Assembly (NCBI RefSeq): GCF_001194135.2
Contig: NC_068983.1
Span: 58,504,298 to 58,567,980, forward strand
DNA: 63,683 nucleotides
Direction of reading: 5' to 3'
Source: Octopus bimaculoides
Lineage: Eukaryota
In this document: positions 1 through 12,413 of the stretch, in pieces
Numbering within the stretch: position 1 is the stretch's first letter
Layout: every line of letters begins with the position of its first letter
Translations under genes and position numbers: made by a program
The notes under the pieces: model-generated
Database searches by the model: none
What the model saw: the letters and a program-made list of their open reading frames with translations, nothing else
What the model was told of the DNA's origin: nothing

Positions 1-41
<41 letters not shown>

Positions 42-1078
42 GCGTCTATTCCATTTATTCCACTAATGGCTTTGGGAAAGGCATAAATGTCACAGGTCAT
101 ATCTTCCCCTTCCACCACTACGGAACCAGAAATCCATAAGGCTCATCATCCGTTAACGATTATCCCTAGTCAGGAAAACTCCAGAAATCGATATTTTCTT
201 CATCATATAAATAAATTCATAGGTTTTTGCATATAAACAGATATACATACATAAATACATTATACATACGTAGATATACATGTGTGTGTTCTTCAGTTGG
301 TGTGTCTGTATGTGAGTGTGTACGGCTGCTTTATCTACTAAATGAATTATTAAATAGGTATGTGTTATTCTATAAACTATCAAAGACCAAACATCACAGG
401 GAAACGTTGTATATATAATGTTTAACATAATGATCAATCTAAACAAAAACCATTTGTTTTTGTTATTGCTTTTGTTTTTTTAAACAAACTCCACACGCCA
501 CGCATATCATCTTGCCGATGAGGCTTCCTCCTTTGCTACTAAAATAGCTTTGATCTTTGCCCCCCCAAATACTGCCCTCTCTTTTAGAACTTGCCCTTCT
601 CTATCGCATTGTTATTATTCAATTTTTACAATACACTTCATCCTTCCTCCAGTTTATCACTTTCTCTAAGACGGGAAATCATTTTTCATAAACACTTCTA
701 TTTCTCTTGAAAATTTTCCCCACTACCACTACCACCACCATCGTCATCACCTCTATTCTCATTTTCCCCCTGTACTCTCCGCTACCACTCTTCACCCAGA
801 AAGCCTTTTCCTTAAGTAACCGAAAGGCTGCAAATGAGAGCTAAATTCTTCATTGTTTCATCTTGGTAGGTAACACACATCCAAGAACACCGTTTCTTTT
901 GCACGGAATCGTGGAATGCTTCTGCTCGTTTAATCTCAAGTGAAGGCTATAATAGATGAATATGGAGTGTCTAATAAAGAACGTTGCTCAATTTACGGCT
1001 TAACCAATATTTCTCCTAATCTATTCCCTAGATAAAATATTCCATCATCTTTAAAGGCTATATACATACACATGCATG

Positions 1079-1115
<37 letters not shown>

Positions 1116-1209
1116 TCATATATACATTTATAGAGATACATATTCATAAATATTTACATATATATATAGATAAATACGTATATATATATTTATGTATGAA
1201 TATGTGTAT

Positions 1210-1280
<71 letters not shown>

Positions 1281-2214
1281 NNNNNNNNNNNNNNNNNNNN
1301 NNNNNNNNNNNNNNNNNNNNNNNNNNNNNNNNNNNNNNNNNNNNNNNNNNNNNNNNNNNNNNNNNNNNNNNNNNNNNNNNNNNNNNNNNNNNNNNNNNNN
1401 NNNNNNNNNNNNNNNNNNNNNNNNNNNNNNNNNNNNNNNNNNNNNNNNNNNNNNNNNNNNNNNNNNNNNNNNNNNNNNNNNNNNNNNNNNNNNNNNNNNN
1501 NNNNNNNNNNNNNNNNNNNNNNNNNNNNNNNNNNNNNNNNNNNNNNNNNNNNNNNNNNNNNNNNNNNNNNNNNNNNNNNNNNNNNNNNNNNNNNNNNNNN
1601 NNNNNNNNNNNNNNNNNNNNNNNNNNNNNNNNNNNNNNNNNNNNNNNNNNNNNNNNNNNNNNNNNNNNNNNNNNNNNNNNNATATATATATATATATATA
1701 TAATAAGTAACCTTAATGATAGACAAAGAATTATTCTCCTTCCGAAACATTATCAATGAACTCCGCTTCCCTTTTTACTATGAAACACCCCACCATCACC
1801 CACCAACACCAACACCAGCACCATCATCACCACCCCAATTTCACCTCTCTGTTAACATAAACACCTTATCTATATGCAGTTTCTATATAGAAGTTTCCTT
1901 TCTCTAACAGCTCCTAATATAAGGAATATATTGACGAACAGCAAAGCAGCAGGGACGGTAGAGCATCGAGTTAAATGTCTTCTAATATTTACTTCTATTT
2001 ATCTATAATAATCATTTATTTATTTATTTATTTATTTATTTATTCTCAAATGTTCTTCAGTTCAATCCAAGGACGTTATGTTTCTATTGGTATTTCAGTT
2101 GCTGTTTTTGTCAGTTGTAATTTCTAACTTAAATATCACTATCTGTATACATACATACATACATACCTACATACATACATACATACATACATACATACAC
2201 TCATACATACAAAA

Positions 2215-2320
2215 ATACCCTGTTGTTGGTGTTAAAATTCCAATGAAGGAGCCTTGGATCTAGGATAGAAACCGGTTCTTTCTCTATTGGTAAGAAATCT
2301 TGAAATAAACTGAATAATCA
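2215..2320 (+). mobile_element. Dispersed repeat 3' part (reverse copy at ~29690-29795)
   Basis: ggtgttaaaattccaatgaaggagccttggatctaggatagaaaccggttctttctctattggtaagaaatcttgaaataaa occurs again in reverse complement at 29.7 kb. Confidence 0.65.
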
Positions 2321-2369
2321 CATACATACATACATATATATATACACACACACATACATACATACATTC

Positions 2370-2423
<54 letters not shown>

Positions 2424-2469
2424 TGTATGTATGTAAGTATCTCCATGATTGTCCACTAACTCCAAAAGT

Positions 2470-2620
2470 TTTTTTATTCTCTCTCTGTTTATTTCCTCAT
2501 GTTCCTTTCTGTTGAAGAGCGTAGGCTCGAAACATAAAAAACAGTTTCACCTTTGCAAGTGTCAAACTAATACACTTGCTTGTTGTCCATAAAACTGTCT
2601 ACATCTTTTGTTTTTCTGTA
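2470..2620 (+). mobile_element. Solo dispersed repeat with hammerhead-like core (CUGUUGA variant)
   Basis: CTGTTGA(2509-15)-A-GAGC-gtag-GCTC-GAAAC(2529-33)...GTGTC(GUC 2561-63)-AAACTAATACA. This is the same family as 45693-45770 and 62880-63070. Confidence 0.55.
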
Positions 2621-3351
2621 TATATGTACATATTTATGTATTTGTATATGTTATGTGATGTCATGTAATGCTTATAGTTTGGAGTTAAGAAGATGGGTGG
2701 TAGCGATTTGGAAATGGTATAACTGAAAGAGAAATTAGACAGGCAGAAAGAAGAAAATGTGAACAAACACACAATAAAAATCTGATCAAAATATAGACTA
2801 TTTAAATACAATTTACATAACACATGTTTCTGTGTGTGTGTGTTTGTGTAAACATAAAATGGGTATAAAACGATATTCATATAACAAAAATGTAAATAGA
2901 ATCAAATGCTCATATAAAAGAAATTATATATATCCAAAAAAATGTTCGTAATGAAAAATGTCTATATTAATATACTTTTTATATGTATATTGTTAGTACC
3001 AAAGAGCAATCTTGTATACAACTTAACGTGGATATGTGAGTAGAACGCCAAGTACCACATTATTATTCTTGAGAGATCGTCTCATCTTGGCAGAGAATGC
3101 ATAAAATCACAGACATAAACTGTAGCAGGTGAGAATCGTCTGTTATGGGTGCTGTGTCTTACATGAAATCACATGATATGGAAGTTTCAGCCCCCATGAC
3201 AAACAATTCTTGCCTGCTACGATTTATATCTGTGCTTTTATGACCCATGCGCTTATATGAGATGATCTTTCAAAGTTAATAAGGCAGTATTCAGCATTCT
3301 AACAAGACATATCTGTTGAGGTGGATATAAAGACTACCTTTTATACTCCCG

Positions 3352-3383
<32 letters not shown>

Positions 3384-3529
3384 TGTATGGTGGTGGTAGT
3401 GGTGAAGATGATGATCATGATCATGATAGAGATTGGAGATCTACAGCATATTGCAGAACGCTTGTATTAAACACACATGTACTTTGTTATATCTTAATAT
3501 TTATATCCAGTGTTGAAAAATAATCCTTT

Positions 3530-3905
3530 CTACTATCGCCACAAGGCCTGAAGTTTGGAGGAGGGGGAGGAGGAGGAATAGTCAATCACATCGACCCCAG
3601 TACTTAAATAGTACTTATTTTATACACCCCGAAAGGATGAAAGGCAAAGTCAACCATGGCAGAATATGAACTCAAAAAGTAGCAACAGACGAAATGTCGC
3701 TAAACATTTCGTCCGACATGTTAACCATTCTGCCAGCTCGTTGCCTTAGTATTCTTTTCTTCTCTAGGCACAAGGCTCGAAATTTTGGGGGAGGATGCGA
3801 GTCAATTAGATCGACCCCAGTATGCAACTGGTACTTAATTTATCGACCTTGAAAGGAAGAATGGCAAAGTCAACCTCGGTGGAATTTGAACTCAGAACGT
3901 AATCG
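3530..3905 (-). mobile_element. Two tandem copies of tRNA-derived SINE family B (Meta/MESC-like central domain)
   Basis: Each copy has tcgaccccagta..gtactta.tttat..accccgaaaggatgaaaggcaaagtc.acc..gg.ggaatttgaactcagaac. The motif gcctttcatcctttcggggtcgataaa..agtacc on the sense strand resembles the Meta/MESC domain of metazoan SINEs; that domain name is an inference. Confidence 0.8.
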
Positions 3906-4713
3906 TTGCCCTAGTATTGAAAAATAATGAAATCAGTCCATGTAAGATAGTATTTTCAGACCTACTACGGAAATAACTTGAAGTTTAACACCAGTTATTT
4001 ACTGGATGAATTGCATTTCAATTTTTTAATTTTTTAATATCACAGGGATTACTAAAATAATTACCACAGATATTTTGCTTTCTTGAGCCCTAGGACACAT
4101 GTGGTTTATTACCTGGTTTCCCTGGCGTCTAAATGACTGAGATCCCAAGATGCCCCAAATGAGATGCCAGCCTCTTGCAGGATTCATGTCCTGTCATTTT
4201 CATAGGAGGTGACAAGTCATTTGCATTGACCACAGTGCTTGACTTGCACTTTATTTTATTGGCCCCATGGAATGAATGACAAAGTTAACCTTGGCAAGAT
4301 TTGAACTCAGAACATAAAGAGCCGGAAGTATTACTGCTGAAAATTTTGTCCAATCAGCTGATGATTCTGTCAGCTCCACTGCCTTCCGAGTCCTGCGCTT
4401 GAGTCAATTTAATCGATGACACATCTATCCTTTCATTTTGACTCCCACTGCATTGTCATTGCGATTAAGAAGGCAGTGAAAGACAAAATTGATGATGTAC
4501 TTTACAGCCAGCTTTTCTCTATTTAATAATATCCCTTTTAGAGATTTTGGCCTCAGGACAAATGGGAAAAATCCATATTATCGAAATTTCTTTATCTGAA
4601 GCTCTACAAAAGAATTGTCATTTGTTCTGTAAGCCATTATGTATTTATGAGGCTTACAGCTTCAAGTTAACCCAATGCTTAAACTTGAATTTGGTTCTGT
4701 ATCATCATCATCG

Positions 4714-4747
<34 letters not shown>

Positions 4748-4759
4748 TATTATCATTAT

Positions 4760-5010
4760 CGTCATCATCATCATCATCTTCATTGTCTAACGTCCATCTG
4801 CTTTCCGGTGCATGAGATGGTTTGACTTGATCTAATGAGTCACAGAACTACGCCAAGGCCCCAATCTTCAAGGTTTTTGTTTCGTGATATTGTGAGCGTA
4901 TGGGTTTATGGCAGCTGATGAAAGGCTTAAATATGATAGAGGGATGGACTGAGGTTCCTGATGTAGAAGAGATGCATGGCTACCCTCGTTGGAACAAGAA
5001 AAAAGAGATG
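4760..5010 (-). mobile_element. LINE (RTE-type) 3' end fragment with (GAT)n tail
   Basis: The reverse complement ends ..catgcaccggaaagcagatggacgttagacaatgaagatgatgatg, the same terminal signature (ggaaag..gacgtta.a.gatgatgat) as the other RTE-tailed repeats here. Confidence 0.55.
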
Positions 5011-5032
5011 GTAATGGAGGTGAAGATGAGTG

Positions 5033-5340
5033 ATAGGCGTGCGGTTTAACAACTAGAGTATTTGGGCCTCAGTCATTAGGTCGTGAGTTCAATTTCCGGT
5101 GGTGCGTTGTGTCCTTGAGCAAGGCACTTTATTTCTCATTGTTCCAGTCCACTCAGCTTATCTGTAGTTCAAAGGACTAACCTTGTCACCTTCTATGTCA
5201 CGCTGAATCTCCCTAACAACTACATTAAGGAGACGCATATCTATGGAGTACGCAACCACTTGCACATTAATTGCATGAGCAGCCTGTTCCATTGATCGGA
5301 TCAACTGGAACACTCGTCGTTGTAAACGAAGGAGAGCCAG
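5033..5340 (+). mobile_element. tRNA-derived SINE family D (second, headless copy at ~39765-39940)
   Basis: Head ..ggtcgtgagttcaatttccgg..ttgtgtccttgagcaaggcac. The body ccttgtcac..tgtcacgctgaatctccct..ccacttgcac.ttaat..ccattgatcggatcaactggaac.ctcgtcgt is shared with 39765-39940. Confidence 0.7.
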
Positions 5341-5485
5341 GCAGTGACAGAGGATCAGAAAAAGTCAGATATCAAAGCCAAACCAGTTTTTAATGAATGC
5401 TTTACTTAGATCATTCATCTTGATAAAAGAATCACCATTATCCCTTACATGTTCTTTTATGCCTTCTTTAATATGAAGATACAGA

Positions 5486-5883
5486 GGCGCAGGAGTGGCT
5501 GTGTGGTAAGAAGCTTGCTTCCCAACGACATCGTTCCGGGTTCAGTCTCATTGCATGACACCTTGTCTTCTACAATAGCCTTGGGCAGACCAAAGCCTTG
5601 TGAGTGGATTTAGTAGACAGAAACTGAAAGAAGCCCGTCGTATAAATATGTACATATTTATGAGTGTGTGTGTGTGTGTGTGTATCTGTGTTTGTCCCTC
5701 TAAAGTCGCTTGACAACCGATGTTGGTGTGTTTGTGTCCTTGTAACATAGCAGATTTGCAAAAGATACCGAAAGAATAAGTGCTAGGCTCACAAAGAATA
5801 AGTCCTGAGGGCGATTTGTTTGACTAAAGCACGGTGCTCCAGCATGGCTGCAGTCAAACAACTGAAACAAGTAAAAGAGTAAA
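5486..5883 (+). mobile_element. tRNA-derived SINE, family A (near full length, internal microsatellite)
   Basis: The head GGCGCAGGAGTGGCTGTGTGGTAAG..GGGTTCAGTC has A/B-box-like motifs. The body is ccaaagccttgtgagtggattt..gaaactgaaagaagcccgtcg, followed by internal (TA/TG)n and the tail gactgaaacaagtaaaaga. There are many copies in the window. Confidence 0.85.
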
Positions 5884-5904
5884 TATATATATTGTCTTAT
5901 TCCT

Positions 5905-6153
5905 TTATTCTTTTACTTGTTTCAGTCATTTGACTGTGGTCATGCTGGAGCATCGCCTTAAAGCATGTTAGTCAAACAAATTGACCCCAGGACTTATTCT
6001 TTGTAAGACTAGTACTTATTTTATAGGACTTTTTTTTATCAAATTGCTAAGCTACTGGGACATAAACACACCAACACCTGTCAAGAGATGGTGGTGGACA
6101 AACACAGACAAGCACACACAAATACACACACACACACACACATACACACACAC

Positions 6154-6189
<36 letters not shown>

Positions 6190-6279
6190 GACGGGCTTTC
6201 TTTCAGCTTCTGTCTACCAAATCCACTCACAAGGCTTCGGCCGGCCCGAGGCTATAGTAGAAGACACTTTCCCAAGGTG
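5905..6279 (-). mobile_element. SINE family A, inverted relative to the adjacent 5486-5883 copy
   Basis: It is the reverse complement of the family A tail and body (ttttacttgtttcagtcatttgactg..ccaaatccactcacaaggc..agaagacactt) and lacks most of the head. Confidence 0.85.
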
Positions 6280-6313
6280 TATCTATCTATCTATCTATCT
6301 ATCTATACACACA

Positions 6314-6417
<104 letters not shown>

Positions 6418-7371
6418 ATGGACTCTCCCGTTGAACATCTATTTGATAATTGCAAAAAGTAATAATTTAGCATCCAATGGTGGCACAAAAATGCTGAAAC
6501 ACTAGGTGTCACAAAGTCCCCTCACACTAATGAACCTAGTGTTTTGGAGATTCAATCATCTGAAAGGAGATAATAAGATAATTAAATACAACAATGATTA
6601 GCATATTCACATTTGACTCTGCGAAGATGTATTAAGATCGTATCTGTATATCATCATTTTGATTGTTGCTGTTTACAATGCACATGATGATGATGATATA
6701 TCGGTTGGCAAATATCAACCTGAATTAGCAGATGAGTTGTTTGATGAAGTCATAAAAGAAGAACCATGAACACTTGTTCGATTCATTAGCCCAGAGTTGC
6801 TATGACTGAGGAGGCTCAATGATATCGAAACACCAGGTGTCACAAAATCCCTTTATGCTAATGAATCAAGTGTGTTATCAACACACTTTCATCTGAAAGA
6901 AGTTGTTCTCCAATTACAAAATACGACAGTGATTAGAATGTTCACAACTGAATGTGTCAGAAGATATTAAGATTGAATACGTAAGTCATCGTTCTGATTC
7001 TCATTGTTCACTTTGCACGTACGATTTATTGTTCTAGAATATTCTAAAAGAGACCCCCTTTTTCTTGACTGATGTAATGATAGTTGCAAAACTGAAGAAG
7101 AAGAATACAGTATTCTAAGACTGCAAAATAAGGTAGATTGTTAAATAAAAATGCAGTGATAAATACAAAATTATATAAAAGGAAACAAGCAAAAACAGAA
7201 TATGTAAAAATATGACTGTCAATAAAACAAAAAAGGAAGATAATAGTTGCTGCTGGCATTTGGAATATTACTGTAGAATTATTAATTAATTGTTCATGTC
7301 TGAAGGGTAGAATTTGGGTTTTTTTATTTCAGCATTATGAACAGCAAAAGCAGCAGCATAAGAAGCAACAT

Positions 7372-7832
7372 GTGATCATCACCACTACCACTGCCACTAC
7401 CACCATCATTATCATCATCATCATTGGTATCATCATCATCACCACGAACCTCATCGTCACCATCAGCATCATCAATATCATCACTGTCGTTGTCGTCATC
7501 ACCATCGTCACCATCGTCACCATCATCACCATCGTTACCATCATCATCAATATCATCATCATCGTCACCATCATCAACGTCACCATCATCATCATAACCA
7601 TCATCATCGTCACCATCATCACCATTATCACCATCATCATCATCGTCACCATTATCATCATCATCACCTCCACCACCATCATCATCGTTGTCATTATCAT
7701 CGTCACCATCATCGTCACCATCATCGTCGTCATCACCATCGTCACCATCATCACCATAATCATCGTCGTCATTGTCACCATCAACATCGTCACCATCATC
7801 GTCGTCGTTGTCATCATTGTCATCATCATACC
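7372..7832. repeat. Cryptic (CAT/CAC/CGT)n trinucleotide array
   Basis: Direct reading; degenerate CATCAC/CATCGT units. Confidence 0.9.
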
Positions 7833-8002
7833 ACTGCCATCCTTCTTATCATGATCCCTGCTGCCGCCACCAAAATACAAAATGATATTTGAAACATAAA
7901 TAACGAAATGGCAAAAATATTTACACTTTCTCTCTCAATTTGACATCTTTTTTCAATCTCTTACAACTATGGCTATGCCATAAAAAGCAGCACGTGGCAT
8001 GG

Positions 8003-8128
8003 GTGTGTGCACAACAAGTTCACTTTTCAAGCATGTGGTTTCAGGTTCAGTCCCACTGTGCAGTACCTTGGGCAAGTGCCTTCTACCTTCTACCATAGCC
8101 CTGAGCCAACTACTGCCACGTGAGAAAG

Positions 8129-8164
<36 letters not shown>

Positions 8165-8365
8165 TTTTATTCTTTTATTTCTTTCAGTCATTTGAGTGCG
8201 GCCATGCTGGAGCACCACCTTTAGTCGAGCAAATTGTCCTTGGAACTTAGCTTTGTAAGCCTAGTACTTATTCTATCGGTTTCTTTTGACGAACCGTTAT
8301 GTTATTAATGCATGAGCATCGGTTGTCAAGGGATTGTGGGGGGACAAACACAGACACACAAATAT
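8003..8365. mobile_element. SINE family A pieces: head (+, ~8003-8110) and tail half (-, ~8165-8365)
   Basis: Head-like caggttcagtcccactgtgcagtaccttgggcaagtg, then reverse-complement tail cagtcatttgagtgcggccatgctggagcacc..catcggttgtcaag. Confidence 0.75.
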
Positions 8366-8376
8366 ATATACACATG

Positions 8377-8418
<42 letters not shown>

Positions 8419-9115
8419 NNNNNNNNNNNNNNNNNNNNNNNNNNNNNNNNNNNNNNNNNNNNNNNNNNNNNNNNNNNNNNNNNNNNNNNNNNNNNNNNNN
8501 NNNNNNNNNNNNNNNNNNNNNNNNNNNNNNNNNNNNNNNNNNNNNNNNNNNNNNNNNNNNNNNNNNNNNNNNNNNNNNNNNNNNNNNNNNNNNNNNNNNN
8601 NNNNNNNNNNNNNNNNNNNNNNNNNNNNNNNNNNNNNNNNNNNNNNNNNNNNNNNNNNNNNNNNNNNNNNNNNNNNNNNNNNNNNNNNNNNNNNNNNNNN
8701 NNNNNNNNNNNNNNNNNNNNNNNNNNNNNNNNNNNNNNNNNNNNNNNNNNNNNNNNNNNNNNNNNNNNNNNNNNNNNNNNNNNNNNNNNNNNNNNNNNNN
8801 NNNNNNNNNNNNNNNNNNNNNNNNNNNNNNNNNNNNNNNNNNNNNNNNNNNNNNNNNNNNNNNNNNNNNNNNNNNNNNNNNNNNNNNNNNNNNNNNNNNN
8901 NNNNNNNNNNNNNNNNNNNNNNNNNNNNNNNNNNNNNNNNNNNNNNNNNNNNNNNNNNNNNNNNNNNNNNNNNNNNNNNATATATATATATATATAACAA
9001 CAGATGGATAATGTGTCAATTCACTACAGCTGCTTCCAACGAATTTTTAATTGATTAATGGACACATTACATCATTAGAAAAAAGAACTTTTTCATCAGG
9101 TTAATCATTCTGGCC

Positions 9116-9412
9116 CTAGCAAGGCTCATAGAAAGATGACGGTACATATGTCGTTGATTTCTGAATGTTTGCAAATGTGGTTTGAGTGCCTTTTTTAAAA
9201 TTTCTTGCCCTTTGAGCTAAGCAAAGCTTGCATAGTTTGCTTCCTGGCTGTTGAAGGAGCTTCCATTTAATTCTGTATGGGCTTCCTTCTTCATTTAAGC
9301 GCCATACATTGCTGGTCAGGGACGTGATGTTGCTCCTTTCCGGTATCCTAAAAGAGTGCTTATGGTTGTTCAAACATTGCTTAAATGAGGGCATGGTTGA
9401 GCTGACATATTT
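9116..9412 (-). mobile_element. Penelope-like retroelement relic: GIY-YIG endonuclease fragment
   Basis: Translation KYVSSTMPSFKQCLNNHKHSFRIPERSNITSLTSNVWRLNEEGSPYRIKWKLLQQPGSKLCKLCLAQRAR aligns by eye with the 19373-19689 relic (YIG/YVS, FKQ.L..HK.SFR, VW.L..EG.P..I.WK.L, CKLC.A). It is frameshifted near the C-terminus. Confidence 0.85.
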
Positions 9413-9989
9413 TCATGTCTATGAATTGGATGCACTATCACCGCTGATTTTTGTTTCTTTAACTCCGTTTCTGATGTCATTATTATTGCCAGTGTCACTG
9501 CTGGTGCTGATATTCCAAGATATGAGGCTGGTTGTTCGCTGTTGCTGGTGTAGCGGTCATTTCCAGCTGTAAATTGGGTGCTGCTTCTGCTGGGGTAACT
9601 GTTGGTGTTGATGTCACTGCTGCTTGAAATGCTGCTGTAACTGCTACCATTGTTGTCGATGGATGCATCATTCCCACTTGTGCTGTTACTTTGGCCACTG
9701 CCACCACCATTTTTTCGTTGTTGTTGTTAGTGGTGCATGTGCTGTTTCTGCTTAGGCTGTTACTCTGACTGCCAGTGGCAAGTACCTCCTCAGTCTCATA
9801 CATGAACCCCTCGGTGGGGAATGTTACATTGCTCGGAAACAGTGAGGTTTAGCGACAGGAAGGGCATTCAGCCACAGAAAATCTACCACAGTAAATTTCG
9901 TCTGACATATACCAGGATTGAAACATGGACGTTACAGTGAAAATGAGGAGCAGGAGGATAAAAATGAGGAGCAGGACGACAACGGAACA

Positions 9990-10098
9990 ACGATGACGAT
10001 GGCGATGATGATGATGTTGAGAATGATGAAGACAAAGATGTTGATGATGATTACTATGAATATGATGATGATGACGATGATAATCATGATGATGTTGG

Positions 10099-10146
<48 letters not shown>

Positions 10147-10305
10147 CGATGATGATGACAATGATGATGATGATGATGATGATGACGACGATGATGATCA
10201 TGATCATGATGGTGGTGATGGTGATGATGAGGATAATGACGACAACGATGATGATGATTATGATGGTGTTGTTGGTGGTGATGGTGATGACCTTGATGAT
10301 GATGA
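9990..10305. repeat. Degenerate (GAT)n array
   Basis: Direct reading; it is the source of the poly-M/H/I ORFs. Confidence 0.9.
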
Positions 10306-10506
10306 TGCATCTATGGCCACTTCCTTGTTTTCCATTCCTCTTTAAAATGTGCTCAGTACGTTTTCGTTTGTTTTCTTTTTGCGTTTGTCGTCTAGACTGA
10401 AACCGAATCTTTTATTTATTCACATCACTGCATGTGTCTCGGGTTTCAGACACAAGCCACTTTAACTGTCCAAGTTGCATATGCAGACAGTAACAGCAGT
10501 CGTACT

Positions 10507-10973
<467 letters not shown>

Positions 10974-11090
10974 CCAGGAAAGTATTAGATAGCTGAAAAG
11001 AATGGATAGCATGGTACCATAGGCTGCATGTAGCAAGCCTGCTACGCATGTAAGACTCCAGGTGCACCAACAAAACTTGTGATAAAGAGA

Positions 11091-11158
<68 letters not shown>
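10974..11158 (+). mobile_element. Short R4/Dong-like 3' end embedded in (AAT)n
   Basis: RKVLDS* plus a ~95-nt unique UTR, flanked on both sides by (AAT)n arrays. Only six codons support the assignment. Confidence 0.45.
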
Positions 11159-11159
<1 letters not shown>

Positions 11160-11607
11160 TTCTCTGGTGTCAGTATGTATAGAGAATTATTTGTAACATG
11201 ATTTGTGTAATAGATGCTAAATATCCCTCTCAAGTAAATTGTTTGTGAAGTGTTTACTGTTGTCGATTGTTTTCCTGTATGGACAATTCATGTCTAATAC
11301 TTGCTACAACAACATCGATGTTTATACAAAGTGATTTATTTGCTATCAGTTTTTTCCCTTTTAATGCTAATATCAGATTTTCATATGTGTCAATGCTGTA
11401 GTATGAAGTGGCTTTCGTTTTTTCTGCCTTTATTTTATCTTTTTTGCGGAGGACGCGTCTCTTTTTGTTTCCAAACATGGCAAAGTTTGGAGAGACGTTC
11501 TCTTCAAGTGAATATAGCTAATTACTTATTGATGAATGCATGTTGTCAAGTAAAAAGTTAACTAATTGACTTAATACACATACATATAAAGAGATATATA
11601 TTTTTAG

Positions 11608-11667
<60 letters not shown>

Positions 11668-12321
11668 TGATTGATTGATTGATAGATAGATAGATAGATA
11701 GAGAGATATATAGATAGATNNNNNNNNNNNNNNNNNNNNNNNNNNNNNNNNNNNNNNNNNNNNNNNNNNNNNNNNNNNNNNNNNNNNNNNNNNNNNNNNN
11801 NNNNNNNNNNNNNNNNNNNNNNNNNNNNNNNNNNNNNNNNNNNNNNNNNNNNNNNNNNNNNNNNNNNNNNNNNNNNNNNNNNNNNNNNNNNNNNNNNNNN
11901 NNNNNNNNNNNNNNNNNNNNNNNNNNNNNNNNNNNNNNNNNNNNNNNNNNNNNNNNNNNNNNNNNNNNNNNNNNNNNNNNNNNNNNNNNNNNNNNNNNNN
12001 NNNNNNNNNNNNNNNNNNNNNNNNNNNNNNNNNNNNNNNNNNNNNNNNNNNNNNNNNNNNNNNNNNNNNNNNNNNNNNNNNNNNNNNNNNNNNNNNNNNN
12101 NNNNNNNNNNNNNNNNNNNNNNNNNNNNNNNNNNNNNNNNNNNNNNNNNNNNNNNNNNNNNNNNNNNNNNNNNNNNNNNNNNNNNNNNNNNNNNNNNNNN
12201 NNNNNNNNNNNNNNNNNNNNNNNNNNNNNNNNNNNNNNNNNNNNNNNNNNNNNNNNNNNNNNNNNNNNNNNNNNNNNNNNNNNNNNNNNNNNNNNNNNNN
12301 NNNNNNNNNNNNNNNNNNNNN

Positions 12322-12413
<92 letters not shown>

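Noticed and set aside
834-871. ATG-initiated MRAKFFIVSS with a GTAGGT donor (signal-peptide-like first exon)
   Set aside because: Only 10 codons, no linkable downstream exon, and the alternative donor gives an immediate stop.
9040-9105. Hammerhead downstream of the 9.1-kb PLE relic
   Set aside because: Minus-strand CUGAUGA and a possible AAAAG/CUUUU stem are present, but the GAAA box and stem III are missing. At most it is a decayed half motif.
11254-11478. 74-aa Lys-rich ORF (MFGNKKRRVLRKK...)
   Set aside because: No recognisable domain, no convincing splice sites, and a length expected by chance in A-rich sequence.
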